From contig NC_086097.1 in assembly GCF_963921235.1 (NCBI RefSeq), forward strand, positions 6,014,001-6,078,000: DNA of 64,000 bases, read 5' to 3'. Under the pieces are notes generated by a model, which saw only the letters and a list, made by a program, of their open reading frames with translations, was not told the DNA's origin and did no database searches. Source of the stretch: Mobula hypostoma (Eukaryota). Positions within the stretch are counted from its first letter, which is position 1. The number at the start of each line of letters is the position of its first letter. Shown here one piece after another: positions 37,961 through 50,989 of this stretch. The position numbers and the translations under genes were made by a program.

Positions 37961-38085
37961 ACGCGTGCGCGATTGGGTGAAGGGATTTAGAATGTATGTC
38001 TAGTGCACATTCTGGAGCAGAGGGTGGCGGTAATGCACCATTAAGCTGGATGCCAACCGCCGTAAAGCAAGATACAGACAGACAG
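35355..38085 (+). mobile_element. I/Nimb-clade LINE with RT, RNase H and C-terminal zinc knuckle, 5'-truncated
   Basis: YRPIALTS, QSGFRKGR, FFDIEKAYD, GTPQGS, FADD; RNase H YTDGAK/EMLAV/CSDS/WVPAHVGVKGNERVDELAK; CEEC..EHVVLCC; (CAGA)n tail; TSD ATTTAGGTGCCAG / ATTTAGTTGCCAG. Confidence 0.92.
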
Positions 38086-38098
38086 ATTTAGTTGCCAG

Positions 38099-38610
38099 TG
38101 GCTGGTAGGAGTAGAGATGAGGTCCTGCAAAGAGAATTTTCATAAGCTAGGTAGAAAGATAAAGAAGAAAAATTGCAATGTTGTTTTCTCAGGGTTTCTA
38201 CTCATGCTATGTACTAGTGAGGTGGGAAATAGATGGAAAATGTAGTTCAGTGTGTTGCTAAGGTGCCGGTGCAGGAGCGAGAACTTCATATTTATCGACT
38301 ATTGGGCTCCCTTCCAGGGCAGGTAGGACATGCGCAGACAAGACAGTTTGCATCTGAACTGTCGGGGAACCAATATCTGCTGGGAGATTTGCTAGTACGA
38401 CTTGAGGATGGAGTTTAAAGTACAGCAGCACAGGGAGGAGAATCACAGCACCACGGCTAAAGGTGATAGGGTCGGGGGCAAGAATGATGGTATGACAAGA
38501 GTGAAGGTCAGGCCAGCAAATGCCAGGATTAATACAAACATGGTGGGGCTGATGGGATGAAGTGTGTTTATTTCAACACATAAAGGTGATGAATTTAGAA
38601 ACTCAATCAA
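38099..38610 (+). mobile_element. Decayed CR1 ORF1 (esterase)/ORF2-start fragment
   Basis: GATGAGGTCCTGCAAAGAGAATT and CATCTGAACTG.CGGGGAACCAATATC resemble the CR1 ORF1 segments at 46170-46450 and 50720-51360. Confidence 0.5.
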
Positions 38611-38620
38611 AGATATATAT

Positions 38621-39309
38621 AAGGAGGAGGAGAAGATGGCGGCACGACACGGCATGTGTGGCCTCTCCTGTGAATGATATCTGTAATCTGTCAAGTAGGT
38701 ACCATGCACAATTCTGATTTGATGGAGACAGACGTGAGAGTACGGAGGAACACCTGGAGAAACTTCTGAAATGCCCGCTTCGCTGCCGCTGCTACTGTGT
38801 GGTCTGGAATCTCCGGAGGAGAAGGCCCCAAATCCTCGGCTTTGCTTGTTTCGGCGGCCAGGGCTAGGTCGAAGGCGCTCGGCAGAGGATGGCGCTCGGC
38901 AGACTGTATCGGAGGGGCTGATCGGAGGCTCGGAGTTTTCGGATGGATGGACTCGGTGTCGGCTGTGGTCGGCTGTGGTCGGCTGCTTCCAAGGCATCGG
39001 CAAGTTGACGGTGTCTGGAGGTTTATGGCAGGGAGTTTCTTCCTTTTGCCGCCTGCTATCAGGGACTCAGGAGTTGATCGGGACTTGAGACTTTTTTTTT
39101 ACCGTGCCCATGGTCTGTTCTTTATCAAATTATGGTATTGTTTTACACTGCTGTAACTATATGTTATAATTATGTGGTTCTGTCTGTGTTAGTCTTTGGT
39201 TTGTCCTGTTTTCTGTGATATCACTCTGGAGGAACATTGTATCATTTCTTAATGCATATAATCATTTCTAAATGACAATAAAAGAGGACTGAGTGTTCTC
39301 ATAATCTAA
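38621..39309 (+). mobile_element. GC-rich non-autonomous retroposon with LINE-type tail
   Basis: Starts GGAGAAGATGGCGGC; ends AATAAAAGAGGACTGAGTGTTCTCATAATCTAA; second copy at 53027-53643. Confidence 0.7.
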
Positions 39310-40095
39310 AATTATATATATATATATACACATACATACATATATATCACTATATAAAGTCCTGAGATTCAATTTATTGCAGCCATACTCAATAAAGCCA
39401 AGAGCCATAATAGAATCAATGAAGGACCTCACCCACCGGGGCGAACAAACAACCAATATACAAGAGACAACAAACTGTGCAAATACAAAAGAAAAAATAT
39501 AATAATAAATAAATAGCAATAACTATCCAGAATATGAGATGAAGGGTGGGTATAGTCCCAGCGACCACAACCGTAAAAACCTAGAGCTACAGAAATGCCA
39601 GGAGAACCTCCAAAGACCTCATTGTGGGAGAGGGGCTACTTCTGAGGACAACTTGAAAGACTGGCCCAGGACAGAGGACTATGGTGAGCTGCTGTCGACG
39701 GCCTATGCTTCAGTAAGGGTGATGGGTTTAAGTAAATAAATAATTGTGTTGCATTTCTATTCATTGGCTACCATATAGAAATTAAACCAGTCTCATTCAT
39801 GGTACATTTCTGAATAGTCAAGTGAGTGACAATATATTAAAGAGGAACCTGAGACGATTGTCTCCCACAATGTAACAAGCTCCTGTAAATTTACAAGATG
39901 TTGCCAGGACTTGGGGACCTGAGTTAAAGAGAAAGGTTGAATTGGCTAGTAATTTATTCCTTAGAGTGTAGAGATTGAGGAGAAATTTGATAGACGTATA
40001 CAAAATTATGGAGTATATGTAGGGTAAATGAAAGCATACTTTTTCCACTGAGGTTGGGTTAAGGATGAAAGATCAAAGTTTTAAGTCAAACGTGA

Positions 40096-40600
40096 GACCA
40101 TAAAACCATAAGACATAGGAGCAGAATTAGGCCATTCAGCCCATTGAGTCCGCTCCATAATTTCATCATGGCTGATCCCGGATCCCACTCAACCCCATAC
40201 ACCTGCCTTCTCGCTATATACTTTGATGCCCTATCCGATCAGAAAACGATTAACTTGCACCTTAAATATGCACTCAGATTTGGCCTCCACCTCAGTCTGT
40301 GCAAAGCATTCCACAGATTCACTGCTCTCTGGCTAAAAGAATTCCTCCTTATCTCTGTTCTAAAGGGTTGCCCCTCAGTTTTGAGGCTGTGTCCTCTAGT
40401 TCTGGACACCCCCACCATAGGGAACATCCTCTCCATATCCACCCTATGTAGTGCTTTCAAAATCCAGTAGGTTTCAATGAGATCCCCATACATTCTTCTA
40501 AATTCCAGTGAGTACAGGCCCAAAGCTGCCAAGCGCTCCTCATATGTTAACCCCTTCATTCCCAGAATCATCGTGAACGTCCTCCGGACTCTCTCCAATG
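40096..40600 (-). mobile_element. CR1 LINE 3' end
   Basis: YEERLAALGLYSLEFRR, RTRGHSLK; ACCATAA tail repeats. Confidence 0.85.
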
Positions 40601-42119
40601 ATTTAGCATGGACTAAATGGGCTAACTGTCCTGTTTCTATGCTGTAGTATGCTACAGTATGACCCTATGCACAGTGAAAGATCAGCGAGAACATGGAATG
40701 AGTTATTAAAGGACCACCACAAATGTTAGATCGAAATTATTGAAAAATTATTTTAAAAAACATAGAAATTGTGAATCTGAGCTTGAGCAAATTGATTAAC
40801 ACAGTGAAGCAATACATTGCTTGAGCCTTTTATTCGAAATAATCCAATTTCCTGCAATCCTTCTGAGAGCAAACAAACCATTAAACAGTGATTTTCAAAG
40901 AGAAGAACAATTTAATGAGATATGTAGAAGGCATGCGAATGATGTAAAAACTCCCAGTGGCAAAATCAATTTGCAAGTTGGTCTGTCTATTTCTCACGTT
41001 TTGTTCTTATTTTGGAACTTTTTAGAAAGTAGGAGAGTTATCAGCAATCATGCAATCATCCAGTTGCTTCCGAAGCACTGTCTCACTGATACTGTAATCG
41101 CCAATTAACTGGACACTGAAAAATGGCGTGTATTGCTCATTCATACTTTATTTACTTGTGCACAAGGAGAGCAGCATGGTCTCGGTCACTAAACTGTTCT
41201 AAAGTCAAAACAGAGGAATGACATTTTTATACAGAAATTCACTCGTTGGATACAGATATTCACCAATTGGTAATGTTCTGATTGTTCAGATTCCTTATTT
41301 GAATAATCATTCACCAATCACACAACAGTAACACTGGTATTAATAGCCAGTGGAATCCTCCAGCAGCCAGGCCATGCTCTCTTCTCGCTGCTGCCATCAG
41401 GAAGAAGGTACGAAAGCTTCAGAACTTGCAGCACCAAGTTCAGGAACAGTTGGTACCCCTTCATCATTAGGTTGCAGAACCAAAAGGGATAACTTCACTT
41501 GTTCCATCATTGAAATGTCCCCACATCCAATAGACTTCCTTTCAAGGACTCTTCATCTCATGACCTCGATATTTATTGCTTGTATATTTATTTTAAGAAC
41601 ATAAGAAGGTAAGAAATAGGAGCAGGAGTAGGCCATCCGGCCCATCGAGCCTGCCCCGCCATTCAATAAGATCATGGCTGATCTGTCTGTAAACTCAGCT
41701 CCATCTCCCTGCCTTTTCCCTTTAACCCTTAATTCCCTTACTATGTAAAAATCTATCCAACTGTATCTTAATTATATTTAGTGAAGAAGCCTCAACTGCG
41801 TCCCTGGGCAGAGAATTCCACAGATTCACCATTCTCTGGGAAATACAGTTTCTCCTCATCTCTATCCTAAATCTTCTCCCCTGAATCCTGAGGCAATGTC
41901 TCCTAGTTCTTGTATCACCTACCAATGGAAACAATTTTCCTACTTCTATCTTATCTATCCCTTTCAAAATTTTGTATGTTTCTATAAAATCCCCTCTAAT
42001 AATCTAATCTAATCTAATCTCATTCGAGGCGAATCAATCTCTCCTCATAGTTTAACCCTTTCATCTCTGGAATTAGTCTGGTGAACCTCCTCTGCACTGT
42101 CTCCAAAGCCAGTATATTC

Positions 42120-42408
42120 ACAGTTTGAGGATAGAGGGGAAGCCTTTTAGGACCGAGATTAGGAAAACTTCTTCACACAGAGAGTGGTGAATCTGTGGAA
42201 TTCTCTGCCACAGGAAACAGTTGAGGCCGGTTCATTGGCTATATTTAAGAGCGAGTTAGATATGGCCCTTGTGGCTACGGGGATCAGGGGGTATGGAGGG
42301 AAGGCTGGTGCAGGGTTCTGAGTTGGGTGATCAGCCATGATCATAATAAATGGCGGTGCAGGCTCAAAGGGCCGAATGGCCTACTCCTGCACATATTTTC
42401 TATGTTTC
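42120..42408 (+). mobile_element. Young CR1 3' end, same subfamily as 17135-17932
   Basis: Nearly identical to 17633-17920; TATTC on both flanks. Confidence 0.88.
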
Positions 42409-43522
42409 TATTCTTCCTCAAGTATGGAGACCAGAACTGCACACAGTACTCCAGGTGCGGCCTCACCAGTACCCTGTATAGTTGCAGCATGACCTCTCTG
42501 CTCTTGAATTCAATCCCTCTAGCAATGAAGGCCAACATTCCATTTGCCTTCTTAATAACCTGTTGTACCTGCAAGCCAACTTTTTGCGATTCATGCACAA
42601 GCACTCCCATGTCCCTCTGCATAACAGCATGCTTCAATCTTGAACCATTTGAATAATAATCTGCTCTTCTATTATTCCTTCAAGGTAGGTGATCTCACAT
42701 TTACCAATGTTGTATTCCGTCTGCCAGACCTTGGCCCACTCACTTAACCTATCTATATTCCTCTGCAGATTCTCCACATCCTCTGTACAATTTGCTCTTC
42801 CACTCAGTTTAGTGTCATCAGCAAATTTTGCTCCGCTACACTCAGTCCCCTCTTCCAAATCATCAGTGTAAATGGTAAACAGCTGCAGGCCCAGCACCGA
42901 CCCCTGCAGCACCCCACTCACCACAAACTGCCAACCGGAGAAACACCCATTTATACCAACTCCCTGCCTTCTATTGGTTAACCAATCCACTATCCATGCC
43001 AATATACTTCCTCTGATTCGATGCATCCGTATCTTATTTATAAGTCTCTTGTGTAGCACCTTATCAAATGCCTTCTGGAAATCCAAGCACACGACATCCA
43101 CCTGTTCCCCTCTATCCACTGCACTCATTATGTCCTCAAAGAACTCCAGTAAGTTTGTCAAACAGGACCTGCCCTTTCTGTATCCATGCTGCATCTGTCT
43201 AATGGAACTACTCCTTTATAAATGATTCGCTATTTCTTCCTTAATGACAGCTTCAAGCATTTTCCCGACTACAGATGTTAAGTTAACTGGCCTATAGTTG
43301 CCCATCATTTGCCTACATTCTTTTTTAACAAGTGGCGTGACATTTGCTGTCTTCCAATCCGCCAAGACCTGCCCAGAGTCTAGAGAATTTTGGTAAATGA
43401 TTACCAACGTGTCTACTATAACTTCTGCCAATTCCCTCAGCACCCTAGGATGCATCCCATCGGACCAGGGGACTTATCTACCTTCAGGCCCTCTAGTTTA
43501 CACTTCACTATCTCTTTAGTGG

Positions 43523-43826
43523 TGTTGGCGCGTGACCAAATGGTTAAGGCGTTCGTCTAGTGATCTGAAGGTTGCTAGTTCGAGCCTTGGCTGAGGCGGC
43601 GTGTGTGTCCTTGAGCAAGGCACTTAACCACACATTGCTCTGCGATGACACCAGTGCCAAGCTGTATGGGTCCTAATGCCCTTCCCTTGGACAACATCGG
43701 TAGCATGGAGAGGGGAGACTTGCAGCATGGGTAACTGCTGGTCTTCCATACAACTTTGCCCAGGCCTGTGCCCTGGAAACCTTCCAAGGTACAAATCCAT
43801 GGTCTCACGAGACTAACGGATGCCTA
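43523..43826 (+). mobile_element. tRNA-derived SINE with CORE-like block, full length
   Basis: A box TGACCAAATGG, B box AGTTCGAGCC, GTGTCCTTGAGCAAGGCACTTAACC; perfect 14-bp TSD TATCTCTTTAGTGG (43509-43522 / 43827-43840). Confidence 0.9.
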
Positions 43827-45589
43827 TATCTCTTTAGTGGCAGTGATTTTATCAAAGTCCTCATCTCTCATTTCATCCATAACATCATTCTTTGGCATAT
43901 TAGACGTGTCCTCCACCGTGAAGACAGACACAGAATAGTCGTTCAAAGCCTCAGCTATTTTCTTATCACCCAATATCAATTTTCCCTTCTCGTCTTCCAA
44001 GGGACCTACTTTGACTTTAGCCACCCTCTTCCGCTTTATATATTTATTAAAACTTTTACTATCTGTTTTTATATTTTGTGCTAATTTACTTTTATACTCT
44101 ATCCTTCCTTTCCTTATATCTTGCTTAGTTGTTCTTTGTTGTTTTTTAAAGTTTCCCAATCCTCCAGTCTCCCACTACCCTTTGCAACTTTGTACACTTG
44201 AACTTTTAATTTTATTTCCTTAGTTGTCCAAGGCTGGCTCCCTCCATACTTAATGTCCTTACTTTTGACTGGAATATAATTTTGTTGAGCACAATGAAAA
44301 GTCTCTTTGAAGGTATTCCACTGTTCCTCAACTGTCCTACCAAATAGCCTGTGCTCCCAATCCACATTAGCCAACTCCTCCCTCATCCTGTTGTAGTCTC
44401 CCTTGTTCAAGCATAATACACTAGTTTTAGATGTAATTATTTCGTTTTCCATCTGTATGCGAAATTCAATCATACTCTAAATCTCTTTCCAAGAGGATCC
44501 CTGACTGCAAGATTGTTAATCTTACCTGTCTCATTGCACAGGACTAGATCTAAGATAGCATTTTCCCTTGTAGGTTCACTAACATGCTGCTCAAGAATGT
44601 CATTACAGATGCATTCTAGTCCTCCTCAAGACTTCCTTGACCAACCTGATTCACCCAATCTAAGTGGAAGTTAAGATCCCCCATGACAACTGCTGTTCTG
44701 TTCTTACAAACCTCAGTTATTTCTTGGTTAATCGCCTCTGCCACTGCAATATTGCAATATTTTTATTAGGTGACCTATAGATTTAGACAACTCCTACCAG
44801 TGATTTTTTTCCCTTTACTATTCTTAATCTCTACCCAGATGGACTCAACATTCTGCTCCGTTGATCTTATATCGTCTCTCACAATCGCCATGATCTCATC
44901 CCTAATCAAGAGCGCCACCCCACCTCCTCTGCCTTCCTGCCTATCTTTCCATATTACCTGATACCCTTGGTTTCTTCTTTCTGTATTTGCAATGTGTTGT
45001 CTTCTGCACTCTGGTTGAACGCCCTAGACGGGTGGTCTTTCATTGATTGTGTTTTAGTTATTTTTTATAGATTTGTTGAGTATGCCCACAAAAAAATGAA
45101 TCTCAGGGTTGTATATGGTGCCCCACTGTATATGTATTAAATAATAAAATTTACTTTGAACTTTACATATTAAAGACAAATAATACATCAGAATTTTATA
45201 GTAACTGACAAATAGCGTCATCTTAGAATTCTTTGTTTGTATTCTTAACTTGACTCTGTATGCCAAATATTTCCGGTTCCCTGTTGAGCAAAGTGAAGCT
45301 ATGATTTTTAGAATCCGCTCTTCAAGGGATTCACTTGCCAGAGTTGATGGCACACTATCTGTAAACTACCCTTGCCTAGACATTAATGGAGCTAGAATAG
45401 AGCTTTGAACATTTGCCAATCTGGACATCGGAAGTTTGGAGAGGAGGGGGACTTCAATCAGGTCCACAGCTCGAAGATGAAAGGCACGAGTGGGTCGCGG
45501 CAGCATAATAAAGCTTTGACCAGCAACCAGCCGGAATTTGGGGTTGTTTAGGAGGAGTAAATTAAAGGAAAGCAGGGGCAAATGCAGCA

Positions 45590-46457
45590 GTCATCATCAC
45601 AGTGTTTGAGTGAACATAAGGTGGTGATCTTAAGGCTTTAGTGCTTCAAGGCTTTAGTGAAGAGAGGCTTCACTGAGAAAAAATAAAGGAAAGAAAAGCT
45701 CTTCCTTCTGTTAGTCCTGACGAAGGGTCTCGGCCTGAAACATCGACTGCGCCTCTTCCTATAGATGCTGCTTGGCCTGCTGCGTTCACCAGCAACTTTG
45801 ATGTGTGTTGCTTGAATTTCCAGCATCTGCAGAATTCCTGTTGTTTGTGAAAGAAAAGCTCAAGCTTTTTCCTTCTCTTCTTTATATCTGCTCAGCTAGG
45901 ATAGTAGGGATGACAGGCAGGATAGTAAAATGCTCCTTTTGTGAGATGCAGGAAGGCAGGGAGACCTCCAGTGTCCCTGACGACCACAACTGTGAGAAGT
46001 GCATCCAGCTGCAGCTTCTAACAAACCATGTTAAGGAGTTGGAGCTGGAACCGGATGAACTCTGGATGATTTTGGAACTGAAGCAGTGATAGTTAGGACA
46101 TATAGAGAGGTAGCTCCCCACAGTGCCTCTGAGACTCAGAAGGTAAGTGGGGAGAAGGGGCACGCTGTGGTGATAGGGGATTTGTTAGTTAGGGGAACAG
46201 ACAAGAGGTTCGCAGAGATTCCTGAATGGTATGTTGCCTCCCGGGTGCCATGGTCTGGGATATCTCAGATTGAGTCCTCAGTATTCTTAAGTGGGAGGGT
46301 GAACAGCCAGAAGTCATGGTCAATGTAGGTACCAATGACATGGGTAGGACGAGTGATGAGGTTCTACATAGAAGCTCAGTGAGTTAGGTGTTAAGTTAAA
46401 GGGCAGGACCTCCAGGGTTGTGAACACAGGATTGTTACCTGTGCCATGTGCTGGTGA
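45590..46457 (+). mobile_element. CR1 5' region/ORF1 (zinc finger plus SGNH esterase) remnant
   Basis: CSFCEM..CEKCIQLQLL; VVIGDLLVRG; VGTND. Confidence 0.8.
45702..45846 (+). mobile_element. Penelope-type mini-retroposon (subfamily A, single arm) with hammerhead motif at 45713-45748
   Basis: AGTC-CTGACGA-AGGGTCTCGGCCT-GAAACATC-GACT; TSD GAAAGAAAAGCTC (45689-45701 / 45849-45861). Confidence 0.85.
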
Positions 46458-48305
46458 ACTGTCAACTACAATATTGGTTTCATATGCAAATTTGCTGATC
46501 CAGTTAACAACATTATCATCCAGATCAGTGATATAGACAACAAACGACAAAGGACCAAACATCGATCACTGCAACACTCCACTAGTCGCAGGCCTCCAGT
46601 GAGCGAGACAATCATCTACTACCACTCTCTGGCTTCTCCCCAAAGCCAATGTCTATTCTATTTTACTACCTCACCCTGAATGCCGAGCGACTGAACCTTC
46701 TTGACCAGCCTCCCATATGGGACCTTGTCAAATGCCTTATGAAAGTCCATGTAAACATCTTCCACTACCTTTCCTTCATCCACTTTTCTGGTAATTTCCT
46801 CAAAATACTCTATATGATTGGTTAGACATCACCTATCATGCACAAAGCTAAACTGACTATCCTTAATCAGTCCGTGTGTATCCAAATACTTATATATCCA
46901 GTCCCTCAGAATACCCTTCAATAACTTTCCCACAATGGATATCAGACTCACCGGCCTATATTCCCTGGTTTATGTTCAGAGTCTTTTTTAAACAATGGAT
47001 AAATATCTCTGCTAGGGCCCTAGCAATTTCTGCACTTGCTTCCCGCAGGGTCCAAGGGAACACTTTATCAGATTTATCCACCCTGATTCTCCTCAGGATA
47101 GCTAACACCTCCTCCTCCGTAATCTGTACAGGGTTCATGAAGTTGATGCCACTTTCCCTTACTTCTTTTGACACTATATCTGTCTCCTGAGAAAATACAG
47201 ATGCTAAGAATGCATTTAAAAGCTGCCCCATCTGTTTTGGCTCTATACATGGATTACCAATCTCATCTTCTCGTGGACCAATATTATCCCTGGCAATCCT
47301 TTGCTCTTAACGCATCTGTAGAATCCTTTAGGATTCTCCTTCACCATGTCCACTAGAGCAACCTCATGCTTTCTTTTAGCCCTCCTAATTTCTTTCTTAA
47401 GTGTTCTCTTGCATTTCTTCTATTTCATAAGCATCTCATTTGTTCCTACTTGCCTACACCTGCTAGGCACCTCCTTCTTGCCCTTAACCAGGGCCTCAAT
47501 ATCTTATAAAATCAAAGGTTCCCAAGACTTGTTATCTTTACCTTTAATTCTGACATGCACACAGAAACTTTTCACTCTCAAAATTTTGTTTTTGAAGGCC
47601 TCCCACTTTCCAAATACACCTTTGCCAGAAAACAGCCTGTACTAATCCACACTTGCCAGATCATTTCTGATACCATCAAAATTGGTCTTTCTCCAATTTT
47701 GAATCCCAGCCCACGGACAAGACCTATCTTTTTGCAAATTTACTTTGAAACTAATGGCATTGTGGTCACTGGATGCAAAGTGTCCCCCCACACAAACTTC
47801 TGTCACATGCCCCTAACAGCAGATCCAGTATTGTATACCCTCTGGGACTTCCATGTACTGATGAAGGAAACTTTACTGAACACGTTTGACAAACTCTATC
47901 CTATCTAGCCCTTTTACAGTATGGTATTTCCAGTCAAGTCAATATATAAAACAGCCTACTGTAACAACTGTATTTTCTTGTAACGGTCAGCCATCTTTTT
48001 ACAAATTTGTTTTTCTAAATCCCTTGGACTGTTGGATGGTCTGTAAAATAGCCCTATTAACGTGGCCATACTTTTCTTATTTCTCAGTTCCACCCATATT
48101 GTTCAGTCTATCCTGATTGAGCACTGCTGTAACATTTTCCCTAACTACCAATGCCACCTCTCCTCCTTTAATCCCTCCTGGTCTGTCACATCTGAAGCAA
48201 TGGAACCCCAGAATATTGAGCTACCAGTCCTGCCCTCCTGCAATCAAGTCTCACTAATGATTACAATATCATAATTCCAGGTGTTGATCCATGCTACCAA
48301 CATTT

Positions 48306-50718
48306 GCCTCCACATCATAATAATAACAGGGTTGTCATGATGGGAGATTTTAATTTCCCCAAAGTTGATTGGCATCTCCCTGGAACACGGGGTTTGGATA
48401 GGATGGAGTTTGTTAGGTGTGTTCAGGAAGGTTTCCTGACACAATATGTGGATAAGCCTACAAGAGGAGAGGCTGTACATGATCTGGTATTGGGAAATGA
48501 ACTTGGTCAAGTGTCAAGTCTCTTAGCGGGAGCGCATTTTGGAATAGTGATCACAATTCTATCTCCTTTACCATAGCATTGGAGAGGGATAGGAACCGAC
48601 AAGTTAGGAAAGCGTTTAATTGGAGTAAGTGGAATTATGAGGCTATCAGGCAGGAACTTGGAAGCATAAATTGGGAACAGGCGTTCTCAGGGAAATGTAC
48701 TGCGGAAATGTGGCAAATGTTCAGGAGATATTTGTGTTTCGTTCTGCATAGGTACAGTCCAATGAGACAAAGAAAGGATGGTAGGGACCCTGATGTACAA
48801 AGGCTGTTGAAAATCTAGTCAAGAAGAAAAGGAAAGCTTACGAAAGGTTCAAAAAACTAGGGAAGGATAGAGATCTAGAGGATTATAAGGCTAGCAGGAA
48901 GGAGCTTAAGAATGAAATTAGGAGAGCCAGAAAGGGCCATGAGAAGGCCTTGCCGAGCAAGATTAAGGAAAACTCCAACACATTCTACAGGTATGTGAAG
49001 AGCAAGAGGATAAGATGTGAGAGAATAGGACTAAACAAGTGTGAGAGTGGAAAAGTGTGTATGGAACTGGAGGAGATAGCAGAGGTACTTAATGAATACT
49101 TTGCTTCAGTAACTATGGAAAAGGACCTTGGCGATTGTAGGAATGGCTTACAGCGGGCTGAAAAGCTTGAGCATATAGACAATAATAAAGAGGACATGCT
49201 GGAGCTCTTGGAAAGCATCAAGTTCGATAAGTCACTAGGACCGGATGAGATGTAGCCCAGGCCACTGAGGGAGGCGAGGGAGGAGATTGACAAGCTTCTG
49301 GCAATGATCTTTGCATCAACAATGGGGACGGGAGAGGTTCCGGAGGATTGGAGGGTTGCAGACGTTGTTCCCTTTTTCAAGAAACAGAGTAGAGATAGCC
49401 GAGGAAATTACAGACCAGTGAGTCTTTCAGTGGTTGGTAAGTTGATGGAGAAGATCCTAAGATGTAGGAATTTTGAACATTTGCAGAGGCATAATTTGAT
49501 TAGGAATAGCCAGCATGGATTTGTCAAGGGCAGGTCATGCCTTACAAGCCTGATTGAAGTTTTTGAGGATGTGACCAAACACATTGATGAAGGTTGAGCA
49601 GTAGATGTAATGTGTTTGGATTTCAGCAAGGCATTTGATAAGATACCCCATGCAAGGCTTATTGAGAAAGTAAGGAGGCATGGGACCCAAGGGGACATTG
49701 CTTTGTGGATCCAGAACTGGCTTGCTCACAGATAGCAAAGAGTGGTTGCAGATGGGTCATATTCTGCATGGAGGCCGGTGACCAGTGTTGTGCTTCAGGG
49801 ATCTGTTCTGGGACCCCTTCTCTTTGTAATTTTTATGAATGACCTGAATGAGGAAGTGGAGGGATGGGTTAGTAAATTCTGATGACACAAAGGTTGGGGA
49901 TGTTGTGGATAGTGTGGAGGGTTGTCGGAGATCACGAACGGACATTGGTAGGGTGCAAAATTGGGCTGAGATTCATTTTGGTTGGTCAGATATGATGGCA
50001 GAATACAGTATTAATGGTAAGACTCTTGGCAGTGTGGAGGATCGGAGGGATCTTGGGGTCCGAGTCCATAAGACACTCTAAGCTGCTGCGCAGGTTGACT
50101 CTGTGGTTAAGAAGGCGTATGGTATACTAACCTTCATCAACTGTGGTATTGAGTTCAAGAGCTGAGAGGTAATGTTGCAGCTATATGGGACCCTGGTCAG
50201 ACCCCACTTGGAGTACTGTGCTCAGTTCTAGTCGCCTCACTACAGGAAGGATGTGGAAGCCATAGAAAGGGTGCAGAGGAGATTTACAAGGATGTTGCCT
50301 GGACTGGGGAGCATGTCTTATGAGAATAGGTTGAGTGAACTTGGCCTTTTTTCCTTGGAGCAACAGAGGATGAGAGGTGACCTGATAGAGGTGTATAAGA
50401 TGATGAGAAGCATTGATCGTGTGGATAGTCAGAGGCTTTTTCCCAGGGCAAAAATTGTTGCCACAAGAGGACACAGGTTTAAGGTGCTTGGAAGTAGGTA
50501 CAGGGGAGATGCCAGGGGCAGGATTTTTTATGCAGAATGGTGAGTGTGTGGAATGGTCTGCCGACGACCGTAGTGGATGCAGATACAACAGGGTCTTTTA
50601 AGGGACTTGGTTAGGTACATGGAGTTCAGAAAAATAGAGGGCTATGGGCAACCCTAGGTAATTTCTAAAGTAAGTACATGTTCAGCACAACAATGTGGGC
50701 CAAAGGTTTTATATGTTT
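48306..50718 (+). mobile_element. CR1 LINE ORF2 remnant with 3' tail
   Basis: MGDFNFP, PTRGEA..DLVL, NYRPVSL, QHGFVKGRSCLT, RVQRRFTRMLPG. Confidence 0.9.
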
Positions 50719-50989
50719 CTAACATCTTCACTAACTCTTTTGGCACTCTGGTCCAATCCCCCTGCAACTCCAGTTTAAACCTCACAATGCATCATTAACA
50801 AACTTTGCCGCTAGGATATTAGTCCCTCTCCAGCTCAGGTGCTATCTGTCCCTTCTGAACAGGTCCCACCTTCCCTGGAAGAGAGAGCCCAGTGATCCAA
50901 AAATCGTATGCCCTCCCTCCTACACCAGTTTCTTAGCTACAAACTAAAGTGTATAATCTTCCTAGTTCTGGCCTCATTAGCATGTCAAT

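Larger units (their letters stand above)
41596..44970 (-). mobile_element. CR1 LINE, long ORF2 (endonuclease plus RT) remnant with nested insertions
   Basis: NYRPVNLTSVVGKMLE, QHGYRKGRSCLTNLLEFFE, DFQKAFDKV, FADDTK, LVRPHLEYC in minus ORFs. Confidence 0.9.

Noticed and set aside
38443..39156. Overlapping 105-186 aa ORFs
   Set aside because: Stop-poor GC-rich repeat; frames are not conserved in the copy at 53027.
43523..43598. tRNA gene
   Set aside because: A/B boxes are present, but it continues into a SINE body and is flanked by a 14-bp TSD.
45190..45358. Minus ORF (SESLEERILKIIASLCSTGNRKYLAY) as a host exon
   Set aside because: No convincing donor site and no recognisable homology.
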